Source: a virus. From it: DNA of 64,000 nt. The stretch is from IMG/VR virus record IMGVR_UViG_3300008952_000006, positions 64,001 through 128,000 of that record; one strand, written 5' to 3'. A model generated the notes under the pieces. That model was given only the letters and a program-made list of their open reading frames with translations, was not told where the DNA came from and searched no databases. Shown one piece after another: positions 10,039 to 18,784 of this stretch. Position 1 is the stretch's first letter; every line of letters starts with the position of its first letter. Made by a program: the position numbers and the translations under genes.

Positions 10039-10457
10039 TATTCTCCACGGGCTTCTTTGATCTGCTTAATCAAAACCGTCTTTGTCTCGCTCCCGCTCAG
10101 GGGCAACTTTAAGCTTTTGGCAAGAGAGACCAGTTGGGCTTTTCTTAGTGAGTTTATATTAGTCGGAGCCTGCCCACCAACCCATGCTTCATCGACATCA
10201 GGCGTTGATTTGTCGTCCGCAATAAATTCCCCGTCCTCAGTTCTTGCTCGAGTAGGCTTCTTTTTTGGCACGGGGCCCTTAGCGTCCTTACGGGCTTTTC
10301 GTGCTGCGGCAGCATCTCTCTCATGTAAAGACAGCAGCCCTCGATCAACAAGCGGCTTAAGCTGCGCAAGTAGGTCGTCGGATACTTCCACCGTGTCCCC
10401 TACTTTTACGTAGTCCCCACCAATACGGAGGGGATATTTTTCGCAGCGGATAAACAT
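10038..10457 (-). CDS. Small protein with C-terminal Rho-N/HeH-like nucleic-acid-binding motif
   Basis: INSLRKAQLVSLAKSLKLPLSGSETKTVLIKQI; also RARTEDGEFIADDKSTPDVDEAW, a motif I recognise from other phage proteins. Confidence 0.6.
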   Translation of the reverse strand: MFIRCEKYPLRIGGDYVKVGDTVEVSDDLLAQLKPLVDRGLLSLHERDAAAARKARKDAKGPVPKKKPTRARTEDGEFIADDKSTPDVDEAWVGGQAPTNINSLRKAQLVSLAKSLKLPLSGSETKTVLIKQIKEARGE

Positions 10458-10945
10458 TAGTTGCTATCCCCTGGCTTGCTTTTTTTATCTTTCTTGGACG
10501 CCTTCTTTTTAGCAGGTTCCTTTTTAGGGGCCTCCGCCTTAGAAGCAGTCTTTGAAATAACCGCACCCTTACCAGACTCTTTTGCGCTCACCGGTGACGC
10601 CTCGGGAGTACTCGCTTTTTTATCAGTGGAGTCCTCTTTTGTTGGTAAAGATGCGGGCGGCTTAGGAGAAGAGGCCTTCTTGGGAGACGGGGTCTCTACC
10701 TGCGCGGGTGCTCCACCAATCGCCAGCAATTCGATAACGCCATGAGCAGCGTACTTGTCAATTAAATCTTTGTTGGCTTTATATGCGGCATCACCGATGG
10801 TGATCTTGCCACCAGTCTTAATGCGCCACGTGCCAATCGCAATACGGCCAACTGCGGAAGCTTTTCTCACCACAGGGTCTTTCTTATAGGCCGCCTTAGC
10901 TGGACCTTTCCGGCTATCTAATACATTTGTAATTTGATAAGGCAT
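10457..10945 (-). CDS. Head-associated protein with Lys/Ala/Ser/Pro-rich histone-like tail
   Basis: Start reassigned to ATG 10945 (MPYQITNV; CAGGAG RBS, removes overlap with capsid gene). Confidence 0.6.
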   Translation of the reverse strand: MPYQITNVLDSRKGPAKAAYKKDPVVRKASAVGRIAIGTWRIKTGGKITIGDAAYKANKDLIDKYAAHGVIELLAIGGAPAQVETPSPKKASSPKPPASLPTKEDSTDKKASTPEASPVSAKESGKGAVISKTASKAEAPKKEPAKKKASKKDKKSKPGDSN

Positions 10946-10957
10946 TACTTTCTCCTG

Positions 10958-10999
10958 AACAATAAAGAGGCACCCCCCAGGAAGCCTGGGGGGATACCT
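10958..10999 (-). terminator. Rho-independent terminator after major capsid gene
   Basis: Minus-strand hairpin CCCCCCAGG-CTT-CCTGGGGGG, extended by AGGTA/TGCCT, followed by CTTTATTGTT. Confidence 0.7.
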
Positions 11000-11012
11000 A
11001 AAATAACACGAC

Positions 11013-12233
11013 TTAGAACTGCGTAACCTGCGGGAAGGTCTGGCCTTCATCCACAAGGTGGTTACGAGCGCCGAGATCTTCCTCAGCGACAGGCAATCGG
11101 TCACGCTGCGTAGCTGCGTTGTTAGCGGGGGTAGTAAGCGGGTCAACAGAACCAGCATACAGCTCCAACTTACGAACACCGGCAACATTACCAATGTACA
11201 TGCCAATGTCTTCCCAAGCCTCAAACGAGATTCGGTTACGCTCTTTGTCAGCGTAGAACTTCGTCTTGTTGAGGAGCAAGAAGCCACCCAGATATTCAGG
11301 CGCTGTGAACGCATAAATATTACCTGGACGGAGGATGTCAGTTTTCAAAGTACGAACAAACTTACGGCCAATGACCGTGCTGTGCTTGTACCCGTCAACC
11401 ACATTCTCAGCAATGATCTTGTCGCCAAGGTCATTGTGCAACCACGCATTGATATCCTCGAAGTCAGTGTCGGTCAGCAGAAACTGATCGCACCGCATAC
11501 GAGAACCGCGAGTACCTGCGCCAACAGCGCTGCTACCCGTGAACGTTTGGAACAACGCAATCAGGTCCGCTTTGTCAACCGGTACAATTACCGCCTCATC
11601 GCAACCTGCGGCAGCGCCACCAACTGTCGATGGGAACAACGCAGCAGCTTTCACCTTGCCTACTTGAGCGGTAATGGTACCACCACCAGCGGGGTCAAGG
11701 TTAAACGCCGTGAACGCATCAGCGTCAGCATAGGTAGCACCGAACACAAGGCCCTGCGCATCCTGCTGCAATGACTGACAAGCCGACTCGACATGGGTCA
11801 AGAAGACACGGTCTTCAATCTCCTGAATGTCGTTGACGATATTACGCTTAATAATCTGCGTGATTGGCATCACATAGGCCATAAGCTCTTGTTCAGTTTG
11901 TTCAAAACGCTGCGAGCCAACCGTATGGAATGGTACTTCAAAGCGCGGGCCAGTGTAGTATCGAACCGTGGGTTGACCACGGAAAGACATACTCATAGCA
12001 CGGCTTGTTGGTTCCACTTCAACGATCTTAACAAGCGTATCGTGGTTTACACTGACCTGAAGGTCAGATCGGCTTACCGACTTCGGGGGGAGTACTTTGC
12101 GAGCAAAGCTTTCCTCACGCAGACGGTCTCGGATGTAATCGCCACCCAGGGCAGCAATTTTTTCTTTTCCAGCCTCGGTATCGAGCTTACTTACGAAAAG
12201 CTCGTTGAGGACGTCACTAGGTACACTAGACAT
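11013..12233 (-). CDS. Major capsid protein (HK97 fold expected)
   Basis: 406 aa; follows protease, scaffold-like and decoration-like genes; strong RBS (AAGGAGG); terminator downstream; YIRDRLREESFARKVLPP N-terminal pattern. Confidence 0.8.
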   Translation of the reverse strand: MSSVPSDVLNELFVSKLDTEAGKEKIAALGGDYIRDRLREESFARKVLPPKSVSRSDLQVSVNHDTLVKIVEVEPTSRAMSMSFRGQPTVRYYTGPRFEVPFHTVGSQRFEQTEQELMAYVMPITQIIKRNIVNDIQEIEDRVFLTHVESACQSLQQDAQGLVFGATYADADAFTAFNLDPAGGGTITAQVGKVKAAALFPSTVGGAAAGCDEAVIVPVDKADLIALFQTFTGSSAVGAGTRGSRMRCDQFLLTDTDFEDINAWLHNDLGDKIIAENVVDGYKHSTVIGRKFVRTLKTDILRPGNIYAFTAPEYLGGFLLLNKTKFYADKERNRISFEAWEDIGMYIGNVAGVRKLELYAGSVDPLTTPANNAATQRDRLPVAEEDLGARNHLVDEGQTFPQVTQF

Positions 12234-12247
12234 AATATCCTCCTTCC

Positions 12248-12832
12248 TTAGCTAAGTTGACCGACGAATCGGGGTTTTTCGTACAAATGTACTTTGATTG
12301 GACGATCATCGGCGGGAGCCAAAGCCCCATTTCCGTTATGACCAACGACATATCCAACAGACCAACCATGCAGCATATCAGCTACGGCAGGGCCAGTCGC
12401 CTTCATAGACGCCAAGACAAGACGCCCAGTTGCGCCAGCAACGGCTGTTGTCGATTGAATGACACTCACTGAAGACCCGATAGGGAACTCAGCTGCAATT
12501 GTACCAGCCGTAGCTTCGTACAGAGCGCAATCAACCTCAATTTCACCGTGTGCTAACGTGGCGACACGAGTGTCCCCAAGTGCTTGACGATCCGAACGTA
12601 ATGCTGATCCCCACACCATTGCCAAACTAGAGGCATTGGCGTCGAGGGCCGTAACATTGGCTAGGACCGCGTCATGATAGATGAGGGCCTGAGGGTCCCC
12701 ATCCTGCGGAACAAATTCACCATCTTCAGGCGCTGCAGTCATTCCACTACAATCTACGTCGCGAGTTTGCACTTTTAATGTAGACGAAGTTGGGCTGACG
12801 TTACGCCTTCGGACTGCGCTAAATGTTGCCAT
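12248..12832 (-). CDS. Putative capsid decoration/cement protein
   Basis: 194 aa beta-rich protein just upstream of capsid gene; AAGGAAG RBS-like sequence. Confidence 0.5.
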   Translation of the reverse strand: MATFSAVRRRNVSPTSSTLKVQTRDVDCSGMTAAPEDGEFVPQDGDPQALIYHDAVLANVTALDANASSLAMVWGSALRSDRQALGDTRVATLAHGEIEVDCALYEATAGTIAAEFPIGSSVSVIQSTTAVAGATGRLVLASMKATGPAVADMLHGWSVGYVVGHNGNGALAPADDRPIKVHLYEKPRFVGQLS

Positions 12833-12857
12833 TTTAACTCTCCTTAGTTGTTAACGT

Positions 12858-13205
12858 TTATTCACTTCCGAGAAGAAAATTCTCGAAAGCACTAGCTGCA
12901 TCAGCTTCAGGCACATCTGAAATTGACGCGAAAGACAGATCAGGTGGGGATAGGGCCAACGCCTCTTTAACAATCCGCAAGTCCTTTTTAGAAGCCAGCA
13001 ATGCAGCTACCTTCTGCTTAAAAGGAACAGAATTATCAGAGAAACCTCGAGCATCCATCATAGATACAACCTCTTCCGCCTCATCTCGTTTTTGGTACTC
13101 TTGCAGAGCACTTGCCAACTTTTGATTTTCCTCCACCAATTTACGCAGAGTCTGCGGAACTTGGCTGAGGACTTCTTGAGCTGAGTTTTTGTCGATTGAA
13201 CTCAT
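12858..13205 (-). CDS. Scaffold-like coiled-coil head protein
   Basis: LRKLVEENQKLASALQEY coiled coil; C-terminal FENFLL; KLAS, KVAA, KEAL motifs. Confidence 0.55.
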   Translation of the reverse strand: MSSIDKNSAQEVLSQVPQTLRKLVEENQKLASALQEYQKRDEAEEVVSMMDARGFSDNSVPFKQKVAALLASKKDLRIVKEALALSPPDLSFASISDVPEADAASAFENFLLGSE

Positions 13206-13207
13206 GA

Positions 13208-14026
13208 TTATGCCTCCTTACCAATCTGGGCCATCAACTTTCTTTTCAGATTGTCAGTGGCCTGTTTACGAGCCATGGGCCCTTCGCTACCGTGAACCTC
13301 GCCGGTCTCCGCACCTTGTAGGGTACTCTCGCCAAATTGCTCATCAGAGCTGAGTGCTGCATTCAACACATCAGCAAGGCTTTGGCCAGCACTAGCTGCC
13401 TTCACCGCCGCCTCACCATCAGCTTCATTTGAAGCTGGCTCTTCTGGTTCGTCGGGTGCAGTTTTCCCGACGTTAAAGATGTCCTCTTCAGACACAGGGT
13501 CTTCGGAGGTACTGCTGTAAAAAGTGTCAGACTCAGATTTGTCTGCCTCATCCGAATCACTTTCGTCGGACTTCAGATTTCTGAGCTTACCTAAAACGTT
13601 TTGGAACATTTCTTCTTTGGCCTCATCGGCCTTACTTTCCTGTTCCTTCTCTTCTTCTACGACTTCCTGCTTGGCAGAAATTCGTGACCGTAGACCCTCC
13701 CGTAACCGACTAGAAACGTCCGCAAGATTAACTACGTTATCTTCCGCAACTGTTTGTGGCTCTTCTTTGGGTGCGTCTGAGGTGAACCTCCCTGTTACGG
13801 GGTCCCTCCCAACGGCTTCTTTGCTAAGTTCTTGGTCAGCGCTTGTGTCAGCAGGGGCTGAAACAGCGTCTAAATTATCGATAATAAAATCTACCGCCGA
13901 GGCTAACTTTTCTACGTATACCGGATCTGTCAAACCAACACTGTTTTCGTTAGGTTTTTCAGATTCGACTACAGCAGAAGAACCGGCCCCAGCAAGCTTA
14001 TCTATTAGATTATTTAATGAAGACAT
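13208..14026 (-). CDS. Acidic scaffold/core protein
   Basis: Very acidic, low complexity; KLAG, EKLAS, KEAV, KTAP, KAAS motifs; AGGAGG RBS. Confidence 0.6.
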   Translation of the reverse strand: MSSLNNLIDKLAGAGSSAVVESEKPNENSVGLTDPVYVEKLASAVDFIIDNLDAVSAPADTSADQELSKEAVGRDPVTGRFTSDAPKEEPQTVAEDNVVNLADVSSRLREGLRSRISAKQEVVEEEKEQESKADEAKEEMFQNVLGKLRNLKSDESDSDEADKSESDTFYSSTSEDPVSEEDIFNVGKTAPDEPEEPASNEADGEAAVKAASAGQSLADVLNAALSSDEQFGESTLQGAETGEVHGSEGPMARKQATDNLKRKLMAQIGKEA

Positions 14027-14050
14027 TTAGTGGTTCCTCCTGTTAAGAGC

Positions 14051-14075
14051 GGCCCCACCCACAACGGGCGGGACC
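14051..14075 (-). other. Intergenic GC-rich hairpin
   Basis: GGTCCCGCCC-GTTGT-GGGTGGGGCC, 10 bp including two G-U pairs; no U tract, so more likely an mRNA stabiliser or processing site than a terminator. Confidence 0.45.
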
Positions 14076-14080
14076 TCCCA

Positions 14081-14263
14081 TTAAACCTGTTTGCCGGTCT
14101 CGCTCTTCACCTTCTTCATAATACTAGCAGCTAGCAATGTGAACAAGGCAGCCTCTGCTGGTTTCTCTTTTAAAAGAGACCAGCTTTTGGACAAAGTTTC
14201 TTTTCCTACTTTATTAGCAGAGTGAAACTTCGCTTTTAGAGCTTTGACTGCAGCAGGCTTCAT
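14081..14263 (-). CDS. Small basic protein with a hydrophobic segment
   Basis: 60 aa; fits between neighbours in the same orientation. Confidence 0.55.
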   Translation of the reverse strand: MKPAAVKALKAKFHSANKVGKETLSKSWSLLKEKPAEAALFTLLAASIMKKVKSETGKQV

Positions 14264-14273
14264 TCATGCACTC

Positions 14274-14903
14274 TTACTGCTGTAGATGCTGCGCAATAGC
14301 GTCAACGTCATAACCAGCTTCGGCAAGCATTTCGCCAGCGCGCTCAGTTACAGCGTTATCTAGTTGCTCATCATCAATAGCAGCGGAAGATTGCTTAACA
14401 GTTCCTGTGTCGAGGAAAGTCAGAATCTCTTGGGCGCGCTCCATAGAAGCTTGCTCAAAAGCCTGTGCAAACTCAGGATCGACTTCTTGGGTTGCCGCAG
14501 GCGCTTCTTCTTCGCTTGCAGTCTTCAAGAATCGATCACTGGGGCGACCAGAGGCGGTTTTTTCAGTACCACCCTGCTGAATCGAAGTGAGTTCGTCGTA
14601 GAAAGCGTGTGCCATCGTTCGGCCAAGAAAGTCAGCTTCTGCAAGCTTAACTTGGCTTTCATCTTCTTCACCTGCTTCAGGAGCAGCGTCAGCAGCAGCG
14701 GCAGTCTTTTCAACTTCTCCACCCATAGCTTCTTGCAAGATTTCAAGAATGTCATCATCATTAAACTCATTAAGATCAATACCTTCTGCGGCTGCGACCT
14801 TCTCGAGTTCTTCCAACAGTGCGGCCTCAGCAGTTTTTTCAACACCAGAATTGGTGTCAATGTTTCCCTGGGTACCATATGCTTGTGCTAGCAGTTCGTT
14901 CAT
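14274..14903 (-). CDS. Acidic scaffold/core protein
   Basis: Start reassigned to ATG 14903 (MNELLAQ; AAGGAG RBS); six K-x-A motifs (EKTAE, EKVAA, EKTAA, VKLAE, EKTAS, LKTAS). Confidence 0.65.
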   Translation of the reverse strand: MNELLAQAYGTQGNIDTNSGVEKTAEAALLEELEKVAAAEGIDLNEFNDDDILEILQEAMGGEVEKTAAAADAAPEAGEEDESQVKLAEADFLGRTMAHAFYDELTSIQQGGTEKTASGRPSDRFLKTASEEEAPAATQEVDPEFAQAFEQASMERAQEILTFLDTGTVKQSSAAIDDEQLDNAVTERAGEMLAEAGYDVDAIAQHLQQ

Positions 14904-14985
14904 TTTAATTCTCCTTAAGAATTTTCGGTTTTGACTGCGTCCCAGCATCGTCTCTGATAAAAAATTTCATCTAGATACCCCTGGA

Positions 14986-16674
14986 CTAAGAAAACTTGAC
15001 CGCAAGATTGTTCAACGACTTGTCAAACATACCCGAACTTTTAAAGCCCATACCCAAACGGGTAAGACCTACAAAGACCGATGTGGCCAAGATTGGATGC
15101 CTCTCGATAAACCTATCAAGCGGACCAGTTTTCTGGTGAGTACGCCGTCTTTTGCCTCTTACGTGCGCACCGTAAAGATAAGCCATGGGCAAAACACCAA
15201 CCAACGCTAAAGGCAGCTTAGCTGTTTTTGTTAGTTGAGAACCCATCATAAACTCATCTTCCAGACCTGGGCCGTTAATGGCCGAGAGTAATCCTATATC
15301 ATCACTTGTAATATGAGCAACAATGGAACCTATTTTGTCCATCAATTGCTCACGATAACCATTGTATCCTGCTGCAATACCTTTAAGAAGGATCTTTTCG
15401 TCAGGACTAATATCAATATTGCTCACTTGCCCCTCTTTGTGCAGGCTAAGCATACCCGGAGATAGCTGGCTTGTGGAAGGTGGGGAAGTTCTAATAATCA
15501 TTATACGCCTTGTAATAACAGGGCCAAACATACTACGTTTTGGTATAATGTCCATAAGCATATCTTTAATTGGGCACGAGAACTGGCTACGATTCCCAAT
15601 CTGGATACTTCTGTCTACATCTCCGGACGGCGCAAACGTATGATTTGCCGCAGACAGCCTGTCGGCCAAAGGCTTCTTACCAATCCTTATGAGGATAATC
15701 CTCTGAAACTCTTTTGGCTTGAGAACTATCCCTGCTGACGCGGAGGTTGTCAGCGCTTTCTCAATGGGGCTTTTTGCCATCCTATCCAAAATATTACTAG
15801 AAATATCAGGCTCATGGCGTTCTATGTGGGGCATAACTCGTGCAGAGAGCGCTGGTACCTCTTTAAGAATAGTTGATATTTTACTCCGCGCAGCCATCTT
15901 CTCCTTCAGAACTTGTACCGCGTACCCGTCTCGGATGCCTGCGTCTTCTGCTGCAGCTGCGGAGGAGGTGCCGTAGATGGAAGCCACTTTTGCCATCGCA
16001 TAGCTAGTGCGGTCAGCACCAATAACAACAAAGCTAAGGTCGAAAAACTTAGGCTTTGGGTTGTAGACAAAGACTTTGCGGCCATCCGGGAATGTTTTGC
16101 CCATCATGGTCTTTGTATGAGCGCAGTAGTCCGCCCGGGTCTTGGACTTATGGCCACAGATAGAGCAGATATCATATTTAACGCGACAACCCATACTAAC
16201 TGCAGGGTTTTCGCCAGCGTCTAATTTTCGCACAAGGTCCCCGTGGCCTTCAGCCTCAGCCTTGGCTCTGTCAATCATCAAGATTAACTCAACCCGGTGC
16301 ATCACAGGATTATAAATAGTATGGACCACTTTGCCGACAGAGCGCTCTATGTCTTTGTTTTTGTGGTGTCGGTATATACCCGCGTCGGTAAATGTTTTGT
16401 GCCCAGAATTACAGGTAGGGTCTGTGGGGTTTAGCTCCTTCTCCTCAAAATAATCACCGTTAATATTACTGCCATAATACTCACCGGCCCCTAGAGCGTT
16501 TACTAGAACGTACAGATGGCCGTCACTGGGTTTAATATCATCGATGTATGAAGAAATTTGGGGATGTAGGCTGCTGCAAAAAGCCGTCTTAACAAATCCA
16601 ATTGACGGATTAATGGCCTGTACAAAGATGTTTCCATCTTCATCGGAGCCTGGGAATGTAAGTAACTTAAGCAT
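14986..16674 (-). CDS. Prohead maturation protease (HK97/assemblin-like) with zinc-finger insert and long C-terminal extension
   Basis: NINGDYF, YRHHKNKD..GKV (His), VSMGC (Ser), CSICG..YC.H, DLSFV..GAD; lies upstream of scaffold and capsid genes. Confidence 0.75.
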   Translation of the reverse strand: MLKLLTFPGSDEDGNIFVQAINPSIGFVKTAFCSSLHPQISSYIDDIKPSDGHLYVLVNALGAGEYYGSNINGDYFEEKELNPTDPTCNSGHKTFTDAGIYRHHKNKDIERSVGKVVHTIYNPVMHRVELILMIDRAKAEAEGHGDLVRKLDAGENPAVSMGCRVKYDICSICGHKSKTRADYCAHTKTMMGKTFPDGRKVFVYNPKPKFFDLSFVVIGADRTSYAMAKVASIYGTSSAAAAEDAGIRDGYAVQVLKEKMAARSKISTILKEVPALSARVMPHIERHEPDISSNILDRMAKSPIEKALTTSASAGIVLKPKEFQRIILIRIGKKPLADRLSAANHTFAPSGDVDRSIQIGNRSQFSCPIKDMLMDIIPKRSMFGPVITRRIMIIRTSPPSTSQLSPGMLSLHKEGQVSNIDISPDEKILLKGIAAGYNGYREQLMDKIGSIVAHITSDDIGLLSAINGPGLEDEFMMGSQLTKTAKLPLALVGVLPMAYLYGAHVRGKRRRTHQKTGPLDRFIERHPILATSVFVGLTRLGMGFKSSGMFDKSLNNLAVKFS

Positions 16675-16704
16675 ATTTGTCGCGACCTTCTACCTTTGTA
16701 TATA

Positions 16705-17325
16705 TTACCTGCTTTGGTTCCTGCGTTGAAGGATATTAACAAGTCTTTTTTCACTACGCGTGAGTTTATCACCTTTTCGTATCCTACCGGCAAGTGCGCG
16801 GGCCCAAATAGGCCTAGTCAGCGCAGTCCCTAAAGCCCCAGTGGCTCCCTCTGTCAGAGCCCCTGTTGGGCCGCCAGTCAATAGACCGATTGCTGCACGA
16901 CCCAGGGCATGAGTACTTGGGCTTATGTATGCCTCCGAAAGGCTGCCCACCCCGCCGGTACCTTTCTTCGGGGCGCTGCCCCTTATTAGCTTGGACATCT
17001 CCTGCCCCACAAAGCCACCACGACCAGACTTTAACTTATTAACAAGCCCCCGCGCATATATCTCACGTTCAGGGTAGGCGATAATCCCCGCCAAGGCTCC
17101 TGAGAGCCCTGCAGTTGTCGCTATTTGCTTGTTAGTCGCACCCTTCCCTAAAGTATTCTTAACCCCTAACCTAGTAAAAAACCGCTTCGAGGCCTCCGTT
17201 CCCAGGGCCTTCCTGATAGCCAACATCACTAAGGCAGTGGAGCCCGCACCAGACACGAACTTGCCAACAGGATTGGTGGCCATCCTGGACAGGGGGAAGC
17301 TGCTTTCGGCTTTCGGCTCGGGCAT
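16705..17325 (-). CDS. Basic Gly/Ala-rich protein with hydrophobic segments (putative internal/ejection protein)
   Basis: Glycine-zipper-like segments (GLSGALAGII, GGPTGALTEGATGALG). Confidence 0.55.
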   Translation of the reverse strand: MPEPKAESSFPLSRMATNPVGKFVSGAGSTALVMLAIRKALGTEASKRFFTRLGVKNTLGKGATNKQIATTAGLSGALAGIIAYPEREIYARGLVNKLKSGRGGFVGQEMSKLIRGSAPKKGTGGVGSLSEAYISPSTHALGRAAIGLLTGGPTGALTEGATGALGTALTRPIWARALAGRIRKGDKLTRSEKRLVNILQRRNQSR

Positions 17326-17328
17326 AGG

Positions 17329-18240
17329 TTAACCCGCGTAGCTTAGAAGCTCGGCACCAGTGCCCGCAAAAGCACCTCGAAGAAGGCTGTCCTTCCTCTT
17401 TGAGTCACTCAAGTGCTTCGAGACCTCTGTAAGAGTTTTTATATCGATTGGTTGGATGCCCTCATCTTTGAACTGTAAGGATCTTTTTAGGAAGGAGCCC
17501 GCTACAAGAGGATCACTAGCCATTACTGGGTTAAACTTATAGAGGGTTCTAAAAATCTTGGAAACATCCCCTGGACGCTCTTTTTTTAGACCAGGATTCT
17601 CGTCCATCATCTTGTTAAAGTATTTCTTCTTCTTCAGAGGCTCCGCTATTAGCTCTTGCATCCCCTCTACGCCTTTGATCCCTCCAGCGAGAGCGGCACC
17701 GCCAGCACCAAACATTAAGGCTTTTCTGCCAACGGTATCTTTACCTATCAGCTCTTGGATAAGAGTTTTCTTGGGGGCTCGCTTTGCCATCGCCGCAGTG
17801 GCGAGTGCCCCTCCGCCAAGCAAAACACCTTTACCCAAAGCACTTCGGATGCTTTTAGCAACATCATCAGCATTAACAGCCTTGCCCCCCACATCTTTGA
17901 AATAGTTCAATATCTTTTTCAGATTGTCACTCTTGGGTGCTGATGCGGGCGGTGGCGTCTTGGGACTGGGTGAGCCCTTGGGAGACGCGCCCATATCTTT
18001 GTCGGCGTTGGGAAACATCCCCTTGATAGCTTTATCAAGGCGCGGGTCATTCTCTAAGCTCTTAAACTTATATTTTGACTTTGGGGGCGTGCTTGCCGAG
18101 TAGCTTGGCTTTCGTGATTTCCGCCGAGTACCAACATTATAAGATTCGACACTCCCTGCATCGATCTTCTTGCCCGTGCCACCAGCGTACGTATAAGCGG
18201 CTAATTTAGTTAGTAATCGTATTCTTCGTTCTAAATCCAT
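17329..18240 (-). CDS. Basic virion protein with hydrophobic Gly-rich segments
   Basis: Start reassigned to ATG 18240 (MDLERR; removes overlap); N-terminal TKLAAY; GVLLGGGALATAA and FGAGGAALAGG segments. Confidence 0.6.
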   Translation of the reverse strand: MDLERRIRLLTKLAAYTYAGGTGKKIDAGSVESYNVGTRRKSRKPSYSASTPPKSKYKFKSLENDPRLDKAIKGMFPNADKDMGASPKGSPSPKTPPPASAPKSDNLKKILNYFKDVGGKAVNADDVAKSIRSALGKGVLLGGGALATAAMAKRAPKKTLIQELIGKDTVGRKALMFGAGGAALAGGIKGVEGMQELIAEPLKKKKYFNKMMDENPGLKKERPGDVSKIFRTLYKFNPVMASDPLVAGSFLKRSLQFKDEGIQPIDIKTLTEVSKHLSDSKRKDSLLRGAFAGTGAELLSYAG

Positions 18241-18242
18241 GT

Positions 18243-18782
18243 TTAACCCCATGCCCTTCTCTGGAAGGGATTTTCTACATCCGGTGAGCGCCACTGGCGA
18301 ATAGTCTCTGGTGAAATATCTGTATTAGGGCGCGGGGCTACGCTAGCCGCCACCTGCCTCATGTCAGGATTTTTCGCTAAGTAGTAAGCTAGAAGGGCAC
18401 CGCCACCAGTCAAGATTGGGTGGTTCCGAGCAAATCCCACCACACCCCCGGGCACGAACTTCCGCTTGTAATACTGTGGAAGGGTATGCCCTTCCATGGT
18501 GGCCTTATATGCCTTACCGGGCTTCATCCCAGCTTTAATCTCCGCATACTCCCCCCGGGTAATAGGATCTAAGCCCCGTTGGCCAGGAACCTCTTTTAAC
18601 CGCTTCCCGTACATGGGGTGCATGGGGTTCCACTGTTTAGGGCCAAACATGAGCCCGCCAACCCCACCGGAAACAAGATCACCAGGGACCCTGGCTACAC
18701 GTGCCATCGGGCCATAAATTATGTCCCCAAGGCTTGCGGCAAGCTTTGCTTTTGCGGCTCTTTTTTCAAGGGGGGTCATCAT
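18243..18782 (-). CDS. Basic virion protein with hydrophobic segment
   Basis: N-terminal EKRAA and KLAAS; HPILTGGGALLAYYL. Confidence 0.6.
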   Translation of the reverse strand: MMTPLEKRAAKAKLAASLGDIIYGPMARVARVPGDLVSGGVGGLMFGPKQWNPMHPMYGKRLKEVPGQRGLDPITRGEYAEIKAGMKPGKAYKATMEGHTLPQYYKRKFVPGGVVGFARNHPILTGGGALLAYYLAKNPDMRQVAASVAPRPNTDISPETIRQWRSPDVENPFQRRAWG

Positions 18783-18784
18783 GA

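Noticed and set aside
10946-11314. N-terminal extensions given by the ORF track (also for 7851, 14274, 17329, 21846, 26857, 28857, 55045, 55951)
   Set aside because: They overlap upstream genes; downstream ATGs with better RBS or stop-start coupling fit better
11058-11774. Long antisense and alternate-frame ORFs (also 5511-6206, 8542-9075, 33464-33994, 58820-59419 and similar)
   Set aside because: Shadows of well-supported genes, with no RBS or recognisable motifs
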